Source: Candidatus Micrarchaeum sp.
Lineage (GTDB): Archaea > Micrarchaeota > Micrarchaeia > Micrarchaeales > Micrarchaeaceae
Direction of reading: 5' to 3'
Assembly: GCF_016806735.1 (NCBI RefSeq)
Contig: NZ_CP060530.1
Span: 630,001 to 662,000, forward strand
DNA: 32,000 bases
This document shows, in pieces, positions 15,466 to 22,629 of the stretch. Under the pieces are notes generated by a model, which worked only from the letters and a program-made list of their open reading frames with translations, ran no database searches and had not been told where the DNA came from. The number at the start of each line of letters is the position of its first letter. The stretch's first letter is position 1. Made by a program: the position numbers and the translations under genes.

Positions 15466-16701
15466 TTAGAGTTTTCCGGAATCCAAAAGGTGTTTTATCG
15501 CAGAGGCATACGCGTCCATCTGCGCTTTCTTGCTGTATTCCTTGGCAATGTCGCCAGACAGCGAAATGAGCTCCTTCCTCTCCGCGCTATCGTATATCGC
15601 AATATTCATTTTTTCCCTGAGTTCTTCGATATCGTTGGGATTGAAGAGCAGGAGCCTTTTGCCAAACCTTGTCTTTATGTCCTTGTTTACCGCATTCTCC
15701 GAAAGCAGCAGAGGAACGCCGAAAGTTGCCGCTTCTATGAACGTGGCGTTGAACGATTCCCATATCGACGGAAGCACATACAGATCCGATGAAGAGTAGT
15801 AATATGGCAGCATTTCTTCTTCAATCCTGCCCACAACCATGATGCGCTGGTCTTCGGCTGCCATTTGGTCATATAATGGTCTTGACTTGCCGTCTCCGAC
15901 TACGAGCAAGCGCATGTCTTCTCCCTTGGTTTCGGTAAAGGCTTTTATCAGGGCACTGACGTTCTTTTGGGCTTCTGCAAGCCTTCCCAAATACAGCACG
16001 ATCTTCTTGCCGCTTATGCCGAGTTTTTGCTTGAAGCGTTCCAGTTGCGCCTTGCTTGGCCTGCTGCCCTCAAGCAGGGAGCTGCTGTGTATTATTTTTA
16101 CGTTGCCATTGTATCTCTTCACTGCTTCGTACTGCTCCATGTTTAGGGCAATAACACCGTCGAAGAAGCCGAAGAACCTCCTTCTGGCCCTTTCCAGCCC
16201 AACGAATGGACCGGTGCCAAATGTCAGCTGCATTATGTTGTAATCGAAAGCGCCCTCGTATTTGCCGGATGCGTTTGCATGCTCTATGTAGATTATTTTT
16301 GCCCGGGGCATTTTGGCCTTGAGCCTTTTTAATATCACGTAGTCCAGAATCGAGCTTGCCAGCACAACGTCAGGCTTGATTTTGGATACGAATGCCTCCA
16401 TCTCTGAAGTGTTTATGCCCCTCAACGAATAGGATGCGTAATATCCAGCCCTTACAAGCCTGTTCTCTATCAGACTCTGCAGCATGTGTCGCTCTCCAGC
16501 TTGCTTGAGAGCTTTCTGCTTGGACTCCTTGAGGAACATCGCGTTCTTGCTAGGGCCCCTGAAATAGTCGGTCATGTATCCCAGGTAAAAAGTTGTGATG
16601 CCGTGCTTGGGGAGCTCATAGAATAGGTTTGCCGCAACCCTCTGCGCTCCGCCAACTGCGCCAAGCCTTGAGCTTGTATCGAATATCAATACCCTTGCCA
16701 T
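15466..16701 (-). CDS. glycosyltransferase, GT-B fold, group 1 (GT4-like)
   Basis: 411 aa. Motifs are LGRLAEAQKNVSALIKAF, LLVVGDG and LPSIWESFNATFIEAATFGVPLL, which includes the EX7E-type region. Confidence 0.85.
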   Translation of the reverse strand: MARVLIFDTSSRLGAVGGAQRVAANLFYELPKHGITTFYLGYMTDYFRGPSKNAMFLKESKQKALKQAGERHMLQSLIENRLVRAGYYASYSLRGINTSEMEAFVSKIKPDVVLASSILDYVILKRLKAKMPRAKIIYIEHANASGKYEGAFDYNIMQLTFGTGPFVGLERARRRFFGFFDGVIALNMEQYEAVKRYNGNVKIIHSSSLLEGSRPSKAQLERFKQKLGISGKKIVLYLGRLAEAQKNVSALIKAFTETKGEDMRLLVVGDGKSRPLYDQMAAEDQRIMVVGRIEEEMLPYYYSSSDLYVLPSIWESFNATFIEAATFGVPLLLSENAVNKDIKTRFGKRLLLFNPNDIEELREKMNIAIYDSAERKELISLSGDIAKEYSKKAQMDAYASAIKHLLDSGKL

Positions 16702-16709
16702 TAAAAAAC

Positions 16710-18245
16710 CTAGAATATTGGCTTGTATCTTCTGTCGGTATCTATGCTGCAGTCGAAGTATTTAAGTATCGTTGGCGCCACGTTGTAGACATAAAGCTTG
16801 CTTTTTTCTATTTTCTTATAGTCTATTCGCATGTTGCTGGACAGTATTCCGAATATGCCGTTGCGGATGTGGTCCCCCCTTTTCGCCATTTCCGGTTCCA
16901 TGAAGAGGTTGCCACTCTTCTGGTAGCCGAATGCGTCTATCAGATAGCCCGGCTTTATTTCTGCCATTACGTCAGGGGCTATGAATAGCTTTGTCCCCTC
17001 GTAATAATCGTCAGCATCGAATACGTTGACAATAAGGTTCTTGCCGTCCTTTCCTTTTACCTGCGACAACTTGCGCATGAGCTCCTGCTTCAGTTTTTTC
17101 TTCTCCGTTTTCTTTACTATGCCGTGCTCGAATCTGGAGTCGTTTATGAATATGGTGCACACTATGGTGTTCGCTATGCTGGCGAAAGCCTTGGTCCTGT
17201 GCATATCGTAGTCGAAATCATGAAGCCTTGTATAGTCTTCCGAAGAAGCCCCCTTTAGCACCGCAGAGAACGCATCCTTGCTAATCCTTTTGAGCCCCTT
17301 CGGGAGCTTGTCGTAAAGCACCTTCCTGGACCCGCTCCTGTTCATGCTCTTCAGTATTTTCTCCCTTACTGAATACTTCATAGAGCTTATGGCGCTGGAA
17401 TTGCTTATCGCCTGTTCCAGCTCAGGCTTTAGCTTGGCGTAGCCGTTGTTTATGAGCCAGCCGTTTATAAGGAATTTCTCTTTTATTGGCTGCGCTCCGT
17501 GGTCAGATACCATCATTATCGCGGCACCTTCGCTCTCCGCCCGCTTTTCGAGCCAGACCAGGAATTCGGATATGCGCTCGTAGAGCGGCATGACGTAATC
17601 CTTCCATTCCTTGAGATTCAGCGAAAAGTGTTGGATCCTGTCTTCTTCTGTAAAGCATATGAATGCGAAATCGTAGTCCTTCTTGTTAAGCATCTCCATT
17701 GCCACGTTTGAGCGCTTTTTTATGCTCTCCTGAAACGCTTCCGAAGCCTGGGACAGCGTAATCTTTCCGGACTTTATGTCCGCTTCTATGTCCGGCTCTC
17801 CGGAAAAGCCGTTGCTTTCGGCTATTTTCTGCACGTACTTAGAGCTATACTTTGCAGGAAGAGGAAAACCAGTTATCATGTCTACGTTCTCGCTTTTTGT
17901 AGGCTTTACGAGCATGGCCGGAGTTATTATCAGGCTTTTGTAGCCATTCCTTGCGAGCTTCTCCCAGAATGGCTCTTTTATCTCCGGATTGTAGTATACG
18001 ACAGATTTTGTATAGCTGGGCTCCATCTCCAAGAATTCTGGAACTCCATGGTCGCCAGGCCTGAAGCCGGTATAGATACTGGGCCACGAAGGTCCTGTCA
18101 TAGGTGGCAGAGTGGACTCCATGTTGGTTAATGCACCATCCTTGAAAAAGCGCCCGAAGCCCGACAGCTTGTATTTGTTGATGTTTTCCTTTATTAGCCA
18201 TAGTGGTGCTGCGTCTATGCCTACCAGATAAAGTTTTTTTCTCAT
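16710..18245 (-). CDS. alkaline-phosphatase superfamily protein (nucleotide pyrophosphatase/phosphodiesterase-like)
   Basis: 511 aa. Motifs are YLVGIDAAPLW, LPPMTGPSWPSIYTG, EEDRIQHFS and VSDHGA. It is a distant paralog of 14271..15464. Confidence 0.8.
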   Translation of the reverse strand: MRKKLYLVGIDAAPLWLIKENINKYKLSGFGRFFKDGALTNMESTLPPMTGPSWPSIYTGFRPGDHGVPEFLEMEPSYTKSVVYYNPEIKEPFWEKLARNGYKSLIITPAMLVKPTKSENVDMITGFPLPAKYSSKYVQKIAESNGFSGEPDIEADIKSGKITLSQASEAFQESIKKRSNVAMEMLNKKDYDFAFICFTEEDRIQHFSLNLKEWKDYVMPLYERISEFLVWLEKRAESEGAAIMMVSDHGAQPIKEKFLINGWLINNGYAKLKPELEQAISNSSAISSMKYSVREKILKSMNRSGSRKVLYDKLPKGLKRISKDAFSAVLKGASSEDYTRLHDFDYDMHRTKAFASIANTIVCTIFINDSRFEHGIVKKTEKKKLKQELMRKLSQVKGKDGKNLIVNVFDADDYYEGTKLFIAPDVMAEIKPGYLIDAFGYQKSGNLFMEPEMAKRGDHIRNGIFGILSSNMRIDYKKIEKSKLYVYNVAPTILKYFDCSIDTDRRYKPIF

Positions 18246-18587
18246 GACAACGCCGAAGGATATGGATATAACGCATGCATAGCATGCAGATTGCGGATTA
18301 ATGAATTGTTTATATCAAAAATTTAAAGCTTTGTGATATGTGGCTATTCACCATGAATACTGCAGGGCCTTTATAGGAGAGTTTTGTGGTTGTTGCTACT
18401 TTTATGGTCAGCCCGACCTTAAGGAGCCACAGATAAAGAATGCAGAACGGATGGGATTTTGCATCGTATACATAATTAAACAGCAAGGATTAGAAATATA
18501 TTTAGAGGCATCTGTTCCATTTTGCTGTGAAATATAAATATTTGGTGATAATGATGGGAGGAGCAGGAGGACATTAAAAACATAAGA

Positions 18588-19949
18588 TTAAGATTTGTCT
18601 ATTTCTTTTGATTGCTGGCTTTTCATAAGGTATTTGTACTGGTTAGTTATTTCCGGAGGGGATCTTCTAAAGCCCAAAGAGCCTATTATCGTGTCGGTTA
18701 TTATGTAATCTTTGATGTCTTTTGTACTCTGTTTTGACATGTCAGAAATCGCTTTTATTGCTGATTCAGTGGTTGTGTAGATGGGCATTATGTATACAAG
18801 ACCGTATGGCACGCCTATATCGCCTTCCAAACATATAGTATTTGCAGGGGTTCTGGGCAGGGAGATGAGTTTTGCCATGAACTCGTTCCTGTGGACGTTG
18901 AAAGTGTTTATGTCTGGCTGCTTAACTACAAACAGCGAAGGATATTTCATCTGGGGTTTTTCAATGTTTATCGTTATCCTTTCTATCATCCCTTTTTCTA
19001 TCAATCTGTTATAAGTGTAGTCAGATGCGCCTGGATTGAGGTTTAACTTTTTGTCTAAATCCGCAAAGCTTGCCCTGCCGTCCTTATTGAGCTCGTTCAG
19101 CACAAGATACTCCCTTTCGAGGAGCTGGCCAGGAATCTTTCTCGGATGCTCTTTGCTCCTGCGCCAGACCTTTTCACTAAGTGTTTCTATAAACTCCTGC
19201 CTTAAGGGTAGATATCCGTATGCCCTGGATACGTATGTTACATTCCAATACGCTTTGTATCTTGAGATTGCAGGATCCGATCTCATCCTGTATATTGCGT
19301 CTTCCAATAATTGGGTGTTCTCCGCAAGCATGTAGAGGAAAAGGTCGTGCCTGCCTTTAAGCGACAACGCCAGCTGCACCAACGGCTCCCTTGCTATGAC
19401 CTTTCTTAATGCTGCCATATCCGGCTTGTTCCTGCCGAACCTTACAAGCGCAACATACCTGAAGAAATTGAAAGGCCTTGGCCCTACTTCTACTGTATAT
19501 TTTATGCCGTACCTCCTTTCCAGCCTTTGTATCCTGTATTTGCACGCCGCTTGGCTGAATCCCAGGGCTTTCGAGAGCACCATAACCGATGATCTCCCAT
19601 TTGCGCTGAGCATCTCAAGCAGCTTCAGGTCTATGTCGTCCGGGTATAATAAATCGTCGCCTTCGGATTCGGATTTTTTAGCGATGATGAATTCCCTTAT
19701 ATTCTTGACCTTTGTCTCTTTTTTTCTGTGCATGGCCTCCGTGAAACTGCCATCGGGCTCTATCTTGCCCAAATATCTGGAGACCGTTACCTTTCCACCC
19801 TTCTTCTCGGAAAATTGCGTGGCTGTTTCGTTTACATAATATTTTCCCTTTATCTCGACGAGAGAAAGATGTCTCTGTAGCTTTTTCTTCAGCTCTTCGA
19901 AAGTAGCTTTTATATCTTTTGGCACCTCTTTCGCACGACGCTTGTACAT
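18588..19949 (-). CDS. tandem Lrp/AsnC-type transcription regulator with an extra N-terminal domain
   Basis: 453 aa. There are two HTH_AsnC-like segments: LKLLEMLSANGRSSVMVLSKALGFSQAACKYRIQRLE and YLVLNELNKDGRASFADLDKKLNLNPGASDYTYNRLIE. Each is followed by a RAM-like beta-alpha-beta-beta-alpha-beta stretch. The first ~100 aa are unassigned. Confidence 0.7.
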   Translation of the reverse strand: MYKRRAKEVPKDIKATFEELKKKLQRHLSLVEIKGKYYVNETATQFSEKKGGKVTVSRYLGKIEPDGSFTEAMHRKKETKVKNIREFIIAKKSESEGDDLLYPDDIDLKLLEMLSANGRSSVMVLSKALGFSQAACKYRIQRLERRYGIKYTVEVGPRPFNFFRYVALVRFGRNKPDMAALRKVIAREPLVQLALSLKGRHDLFLYMLAENTQLLEDAIYRMRSDPAISRYKAYWNVTYVSRAYGYLPLRQEFIETLSEKVWRRSKEHPRKIPGQLLEREYLVLNELNKDGRASFADLDKKLNLNPGASDYTYNRLIEKGMIERITINIEKPQMKYPSLFVVKQPDINTFNVHRNEFMAKLISLPRTPANTICLEGDIGVPYGLVYIMPIYTTTESAIKAISDMSKQSTKDIKDYIITDTIIGSLGFRRSPPEITNQYKYLMKSQQSKEIDKS

Positions 19950-20076
19950 ATGGACACCATGTTGCTTTGTATTATAATATTTATATAGGCTTATAGTATT
20001 TTAATTTTATGCAATTCTAATATTATTTTGAAAATTTAACTGCATATTAGTTTAGTTTTTATTATAAATAGTTATT

Positions 20077-20098
20077 AATACAAATTTATATTTGTATT
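20077..20098. promoter_or_regulatory. 9-bp perfect inverted repeat, candidate operator
   Basis: AATACAAAT-TTAT-ATTTGTATT lies in the middle of the AT-rich divergent intergenic region. The size and AT-rich centre are compatible with Lrp-family dimer sites. Confidence 0.3.
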
Positions 20099-20173
20099 TT
20101 AGCAATATTGTTATAATTTTGTATATATTTTTGCGGTAGGCTATTTATTCAAGAAAAGCCCTAATATTACTCA

Positions 20174-20263
20174 AGCCAGGGGGTCGGGAATGAAAAATAT
20201 ATTTCATATATCATTTTTCCATGTTCTAGAATGCCCACCATTCAACTTCGCTGACCCCTGGCT
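20174..20263 (+). ncRNA. candidate structured small RNA or leader: GC-clamped nested hairpin
   Basis: An outer 11-bp stem pairs AGCCAGGGG(G)TC (20174-20185) with GACCCCTGGCT (20253-20263), with one bulged G. An inner 11-bp AT hairpin spans 20192-20219. A TTCTAGAA palindrome is also present. A TATA-like CTATTTATT at 20141-20149 sits ~26 nt upstream, and T-runs follow at 20289-20310. Strand and RNA status are unproven. Confidence 0.3.
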
Positions 20264-20381
20264 TCCCACCTGCATTGTTTCTGCACTGCCTTTTGGCACT
20301 TCTTTTTCTTCAAATTTCACGATAATTAGTATAAAGGGGTAAAAAAATGAAAGGGGATAAGAAAACAATAGAGTATATAGG

Positions 20382-20645
20382 TTGCGGACAAAGGACGATT
20401 TCCTTCACAGCTTCTTCTTCATAAAGCCGCAGAAGGGAACCGACATAAACGAACTGGCGGAAAAGCTTTTGGGCATAGACGAGGTGCAGGAAGTCTGCGT
20501 CACAGAAGGAGACATCGGCTACATGGTAAAGGCGAAGTTCGACGAGAAGACCTACGACAAGGTACAGAAGTCAATAGCGGAGGTTGCAGGCCCTAAATAT
20601 GGAAGGTTCCTCAGCGCAATGGAGCTCAAAAAGGCGATGAAATGA
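20382..20645 (+). CDS. stand-alone RAM (Lrp/AsnC ligand-binding) domain protein
   Basis: 87 aa. HSFFFIKPQKGTDINELAEKLLGIDEVQEVCVTEGDIGYMVKAKFDE fits the AsnC C-terminal domain pattern, and there is no HTH. TTG is the first possible start after an in-frame stop at 20358-20360. A TATA-like TTAGTATAAAGG lies at 20326-20337. Confidence 0.65.
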   Translation: MRTKDDFLHSFFFIKPQKGTDINELAEKLLGIDEVQEVCVTEGDIGYMVKAKFDEKTYDKVQKSIAEVAGPKYGRFLSAMELKKAMK

Positions 20646-20782
20646 AGATCTTCGAAAGCAGCGTAGACAAGAAAGTAAAGGAGTACCTTCTCAACGACCC
20701 GGAGATAAGGGAACAGTTGGAAAGGCTGCAGGCAAAGATAGTCGACAAGTACATGAAAGAAAAATATGGTGAGCGGGCATGA
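20642..20782 (+). CDS. 46-aa micro-ORF, hypothetical
   Basis: It is below the track cutoff. Sequence is MKIFESSVDKKVKEYLLNDPEIREQLERLQAKIVDKYMKEKYGERA. Its ATG overlaps the upstream stop (ATGAAATGA), and GGCGAT lies 3 nt upstream. Confidence 0.4.
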   Translation: MKIFESSVDKKVKEYLLNDPEIREQLERLQAKIVDKYMKEKYGERA

Positions 20783-20919
20783 TCAACCCATTCAAAATTA
20801 TGAAGCACAGGAAGCTTGAAAGATTCCTGGAAATGGACGCCATGAACGCAAGGCCGGTGGCAATGGTAAAAGAAAGCTCAAACATATACAGGTTCGTCTG
20901 GGCCGACGAGCAGGAATAA
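20779..20919 (+). CDS. 46-aa micro-ORF, hypothetical
   Basis: It is below the track cutoff. Sequence is MINPFKIMKHRKLERFLEMDAMNARPVAMVKESSNIYRFVWADEQE. It has an ATGA overlap with the preceding micro-ORF, and GGTGA lies 6-7 nt upstream of the ATG. Confidence 0.45.
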   Translation: MINPFKIMKHRKLERFLEMDAMNARPVAMVKESSNIYRFVWADEQE

Positions 20920-20921
20920 TG

Positions 20922-21197
20922 TCATGCGGTTCTTTTTATTATGTGGTAGCCGAACTGGGTTTTTACTATTTCGGATACCTGGCCTTTTTCTAGAGAGAAG
21001 GCTGCCTTTTCGAACTCCTTGACCATGACACCATGGCCGAAATACCCAAGATCGCCACCTCGTTTCCTTGAGCTGTCGATTGAATATTTCTGCGCAAGGG
21101 ATTCAAAGCTTTCACCCTTTTTCAAGAGTTCCATTGCCTGCTGGGCTTGCGAAAGCTTTTCCACGAGTATGTGCGAGCAGCGGATCTTTTCTGCCAT
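20922..21197 (-). CDS. parvulin-type peptidyl-prolyl cis-trans isomerase
   Basis: 91 aa. Motifs are CSHILV, GGDLGYFGHGVMVKEFEKAAF and FGYHIIKR. It lies 10 nt downstream of asnS on the same strand. Confidence 0.9.
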   Translation of the reverse strand: MAEKIRCSHILVEKLSQAQQAMELLKKGESFESLAQKYSIDSSRKRGGDLGYFGHGVMVKEFEKAAFSLEKGQVSEIVKTQFGYHIIKRTA

Positions 21198-21207
21198 GCC
21201 AAAACCA

Positions 21208-22515
21208 TTACGGATAGACCCTGTTTATCATCCTTGGGAACGGTATCGCGTCCCTTATGTGGTCCAGGTTTAGCATCCATTTGATGAGCCTTTCAGTGCC
21301 AAGGCCGTACCCTGCATGCGGCACGCTGCCGTAGCGCCTCAGATCTATGTACCACTCGTAGTTTGCCATGTTGAACTTTATGTTCTTGGCTATTTCGAAC
21401 TCCTTGAAGCGCTGCATGAGCTCGTCATACTTCCATATCCTCTCGCTTGCCCCTATTATCTCACCGTGCCCGTGGGGAGCCTGCAGGTCTACGCTCATGG
21501 TGGTGCGCTCATCCTTGGGGTTTATCGGCTGGTAGAAAGCCTTCAGCTCCCTTGGCCAGTACATTACGAAAACCGGCTTTTCTTCCTCTTCTGTCAGCAA
21601 TCTTTCCTCATCTACGCCGAAGTCGTCGCCCCATTTCAGGTTCTTGCCCTTCTGATTCAGTATCTCCAAAGCCTGTTCATAGGTTATGCGCTTGAACGGA
21701 GCCCTTATTCTCTTTAGCGACTCCATGTCCACATTTAGCTGCTTCAGCTCGTCCTCGTTGTTCTTGACCAGCTGTCCCGCAACATAGCTTACCATTTCCT
21801 CCTCGAACTTCATAAGCTTGTCGAGATTATAGTGCGCGGCCTCCATCTCAAGGTGCCAGTACTCCGCAAGGTGCTTTACGGTCCTCGACTTCTCGGCCCT
21901 GTACGATGGCGCAAAGGTGTAAACCTTTTCCAGCGAGTATATCATCGCCTCGGCGTACTGCTGCGAGGATTCTGTAAGGAACGCTTCCTGTCCGAAATAA
22001 TCTATTGGAAACATGTCTGCGCCGGTCTCGCCTGCAGACCTCGTTATGAGCGGCGGAGTTATCTCGTAGAATCCCTTTCCGTCGTGGAATTTCCTCAAAT
22101 ATCTGAAGAAGTAGGAGCGGAGCTTCATTATGTTTGTCATCTTGACGCTCCTTAGCCACAGGTGGCGCTTGTCAAGCAACAGCTCAGTGCTCTGATATTC
22201 CGTTATCGGATAGGGTTCGCCTATGCTTATAGTCTTGAAGACGCTGCCCTCTATTTCGTATCCCGAAGGGGCTCTTTCGTCCTTCTTGACAGAACCCTTG
22301 AGCTCCACGCTTGATTCTATTATTGCGTCCTGCGCCGCCTTCCACGTCTTCGCATCCACATTGTCCTTTTTTATTGATGCCTGTATGGTACCGGTCCTGT
22401 CCCTGACTATTATGAATATTATTCCTCCACTTTCCCTTTTTCTGTAAACCCATCCCCTTAGGGATACCTCCTTGCCCAATTTTTGGGGCACTTCAGAAGC
22501 GTGCGAATATGCCAT
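21208..22515 (-). CDS. asnS: asparagine--tRNA ligase
   Basis: 435 aa, class IIb. Motifs are YRAEKSRTVKHLAEYWHLEME and WYIDLRRYGSVPHAGYGLGTERL...IRDAIPFPR. The latter is the AsnRS signature rather than the AspRS one. Confidence 0.9.
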   Translation of the reverse strand: MAYSHASEVPQKLGKEVSLRGWVYRKRESGGIIFIIVRDRTGTIQASIKKDNVDAKTWKAAQDAIIESSVELKGSVKKDERAPSGYEIEGSVFKTISIGEPYPITEYQSTELLLDKRHLWLRSVKMTNIMKLRSYFFRYLRKFHDGKGFYEITPPLITRSAGETGADMFPIDYFGQEAFLTESSQQYAEAMIYSLEKVYTFAPSYRAEKSRTVKHLAEYWHLEMEAAHYNLDKLMKFEEEMVSYVAGQLVKNNEDELKQLNVDMESLKRIRAPFKRITYEQALEILNQKGKNLKWGDDFGVDEERLLTEEEEKPVFVMYWPRELKAFYQPINPKDERTTMSVDLQAPHGHGEIIGASERIWKYDELMQRFKEFEIAKNIKFNMANYEWYIDLRRYGSVPHAGYGLGTERLIKWMLNLDHIRDAIPFPRMINRVYP

Positions 22516-22629
22516 TGAAACACCGGATTTATTTCTTTCTTTGCATTTAAATTGCTTTTGTACACACGTTTTGTCGGATTTTGGAAAGTGTTAATAATGC
22601 CAAATGCGATTGGCTCTAAGGGTGTTTGA

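Noticed and set aside
14271-18245. The two alkaline-phosphatase-fold proteins could be PglZ proteins of a BREX-type phage-defence system.
   Set aside because: No methyltransferase, Lon-like protease, large ATPase or other BREX/DISARM component is nearby. The only partner is a GT4 glycosyltransferase, which points to glycoconjugate metabolism.
18340-18537. A 65-aa GTG-initiated ORF lies in the 342-bp gap.
   Set aside because: It is rich in Cys and aromatic residues with an odd composition, and has no GGTG site and no supporting context.
19950-20160. A block of roughly 200 bp of extremely AT-rich DNA could be a replication-origin unwinding element.
   Set aside because: No orc1/cdc6 gene is adjacent. 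I found no repeated ORB-like boxes with G-strings, only one 9-bp inverted repeat and TATA-like palindromes. Divergent promoters plus regulator binding sites are a simpler explanation. Marker-frequency or GC-skew analysis on the whole genome would settle it.
20231-20263. CCCACCATTCAACTTCG shows a faint resemblance to the 5S rRNA loop C/helix III consensus (CCCATTCCGAACTCGG). The terminal stem also resembles 5S helix I.
   Set aside because: The element is only ~90 nt and its interior is an AT hairpin. It lacks the other conserved 5S segments.
20347-20424. An ATG-initiated 25-aa ORF (MKGDKKTIEYIGCGQRTISFTASSS) overlaps the start of the RAM-domain gene in another frame. It could indicate a frameshifted longer gene.
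   Set aside because: The ATG lies at or upstream of the predicted transcription start from the TATA-like box at 20326-20337. The RAM fold is complete from the TTG start, and nothing suggests a missing N-terminal domain.
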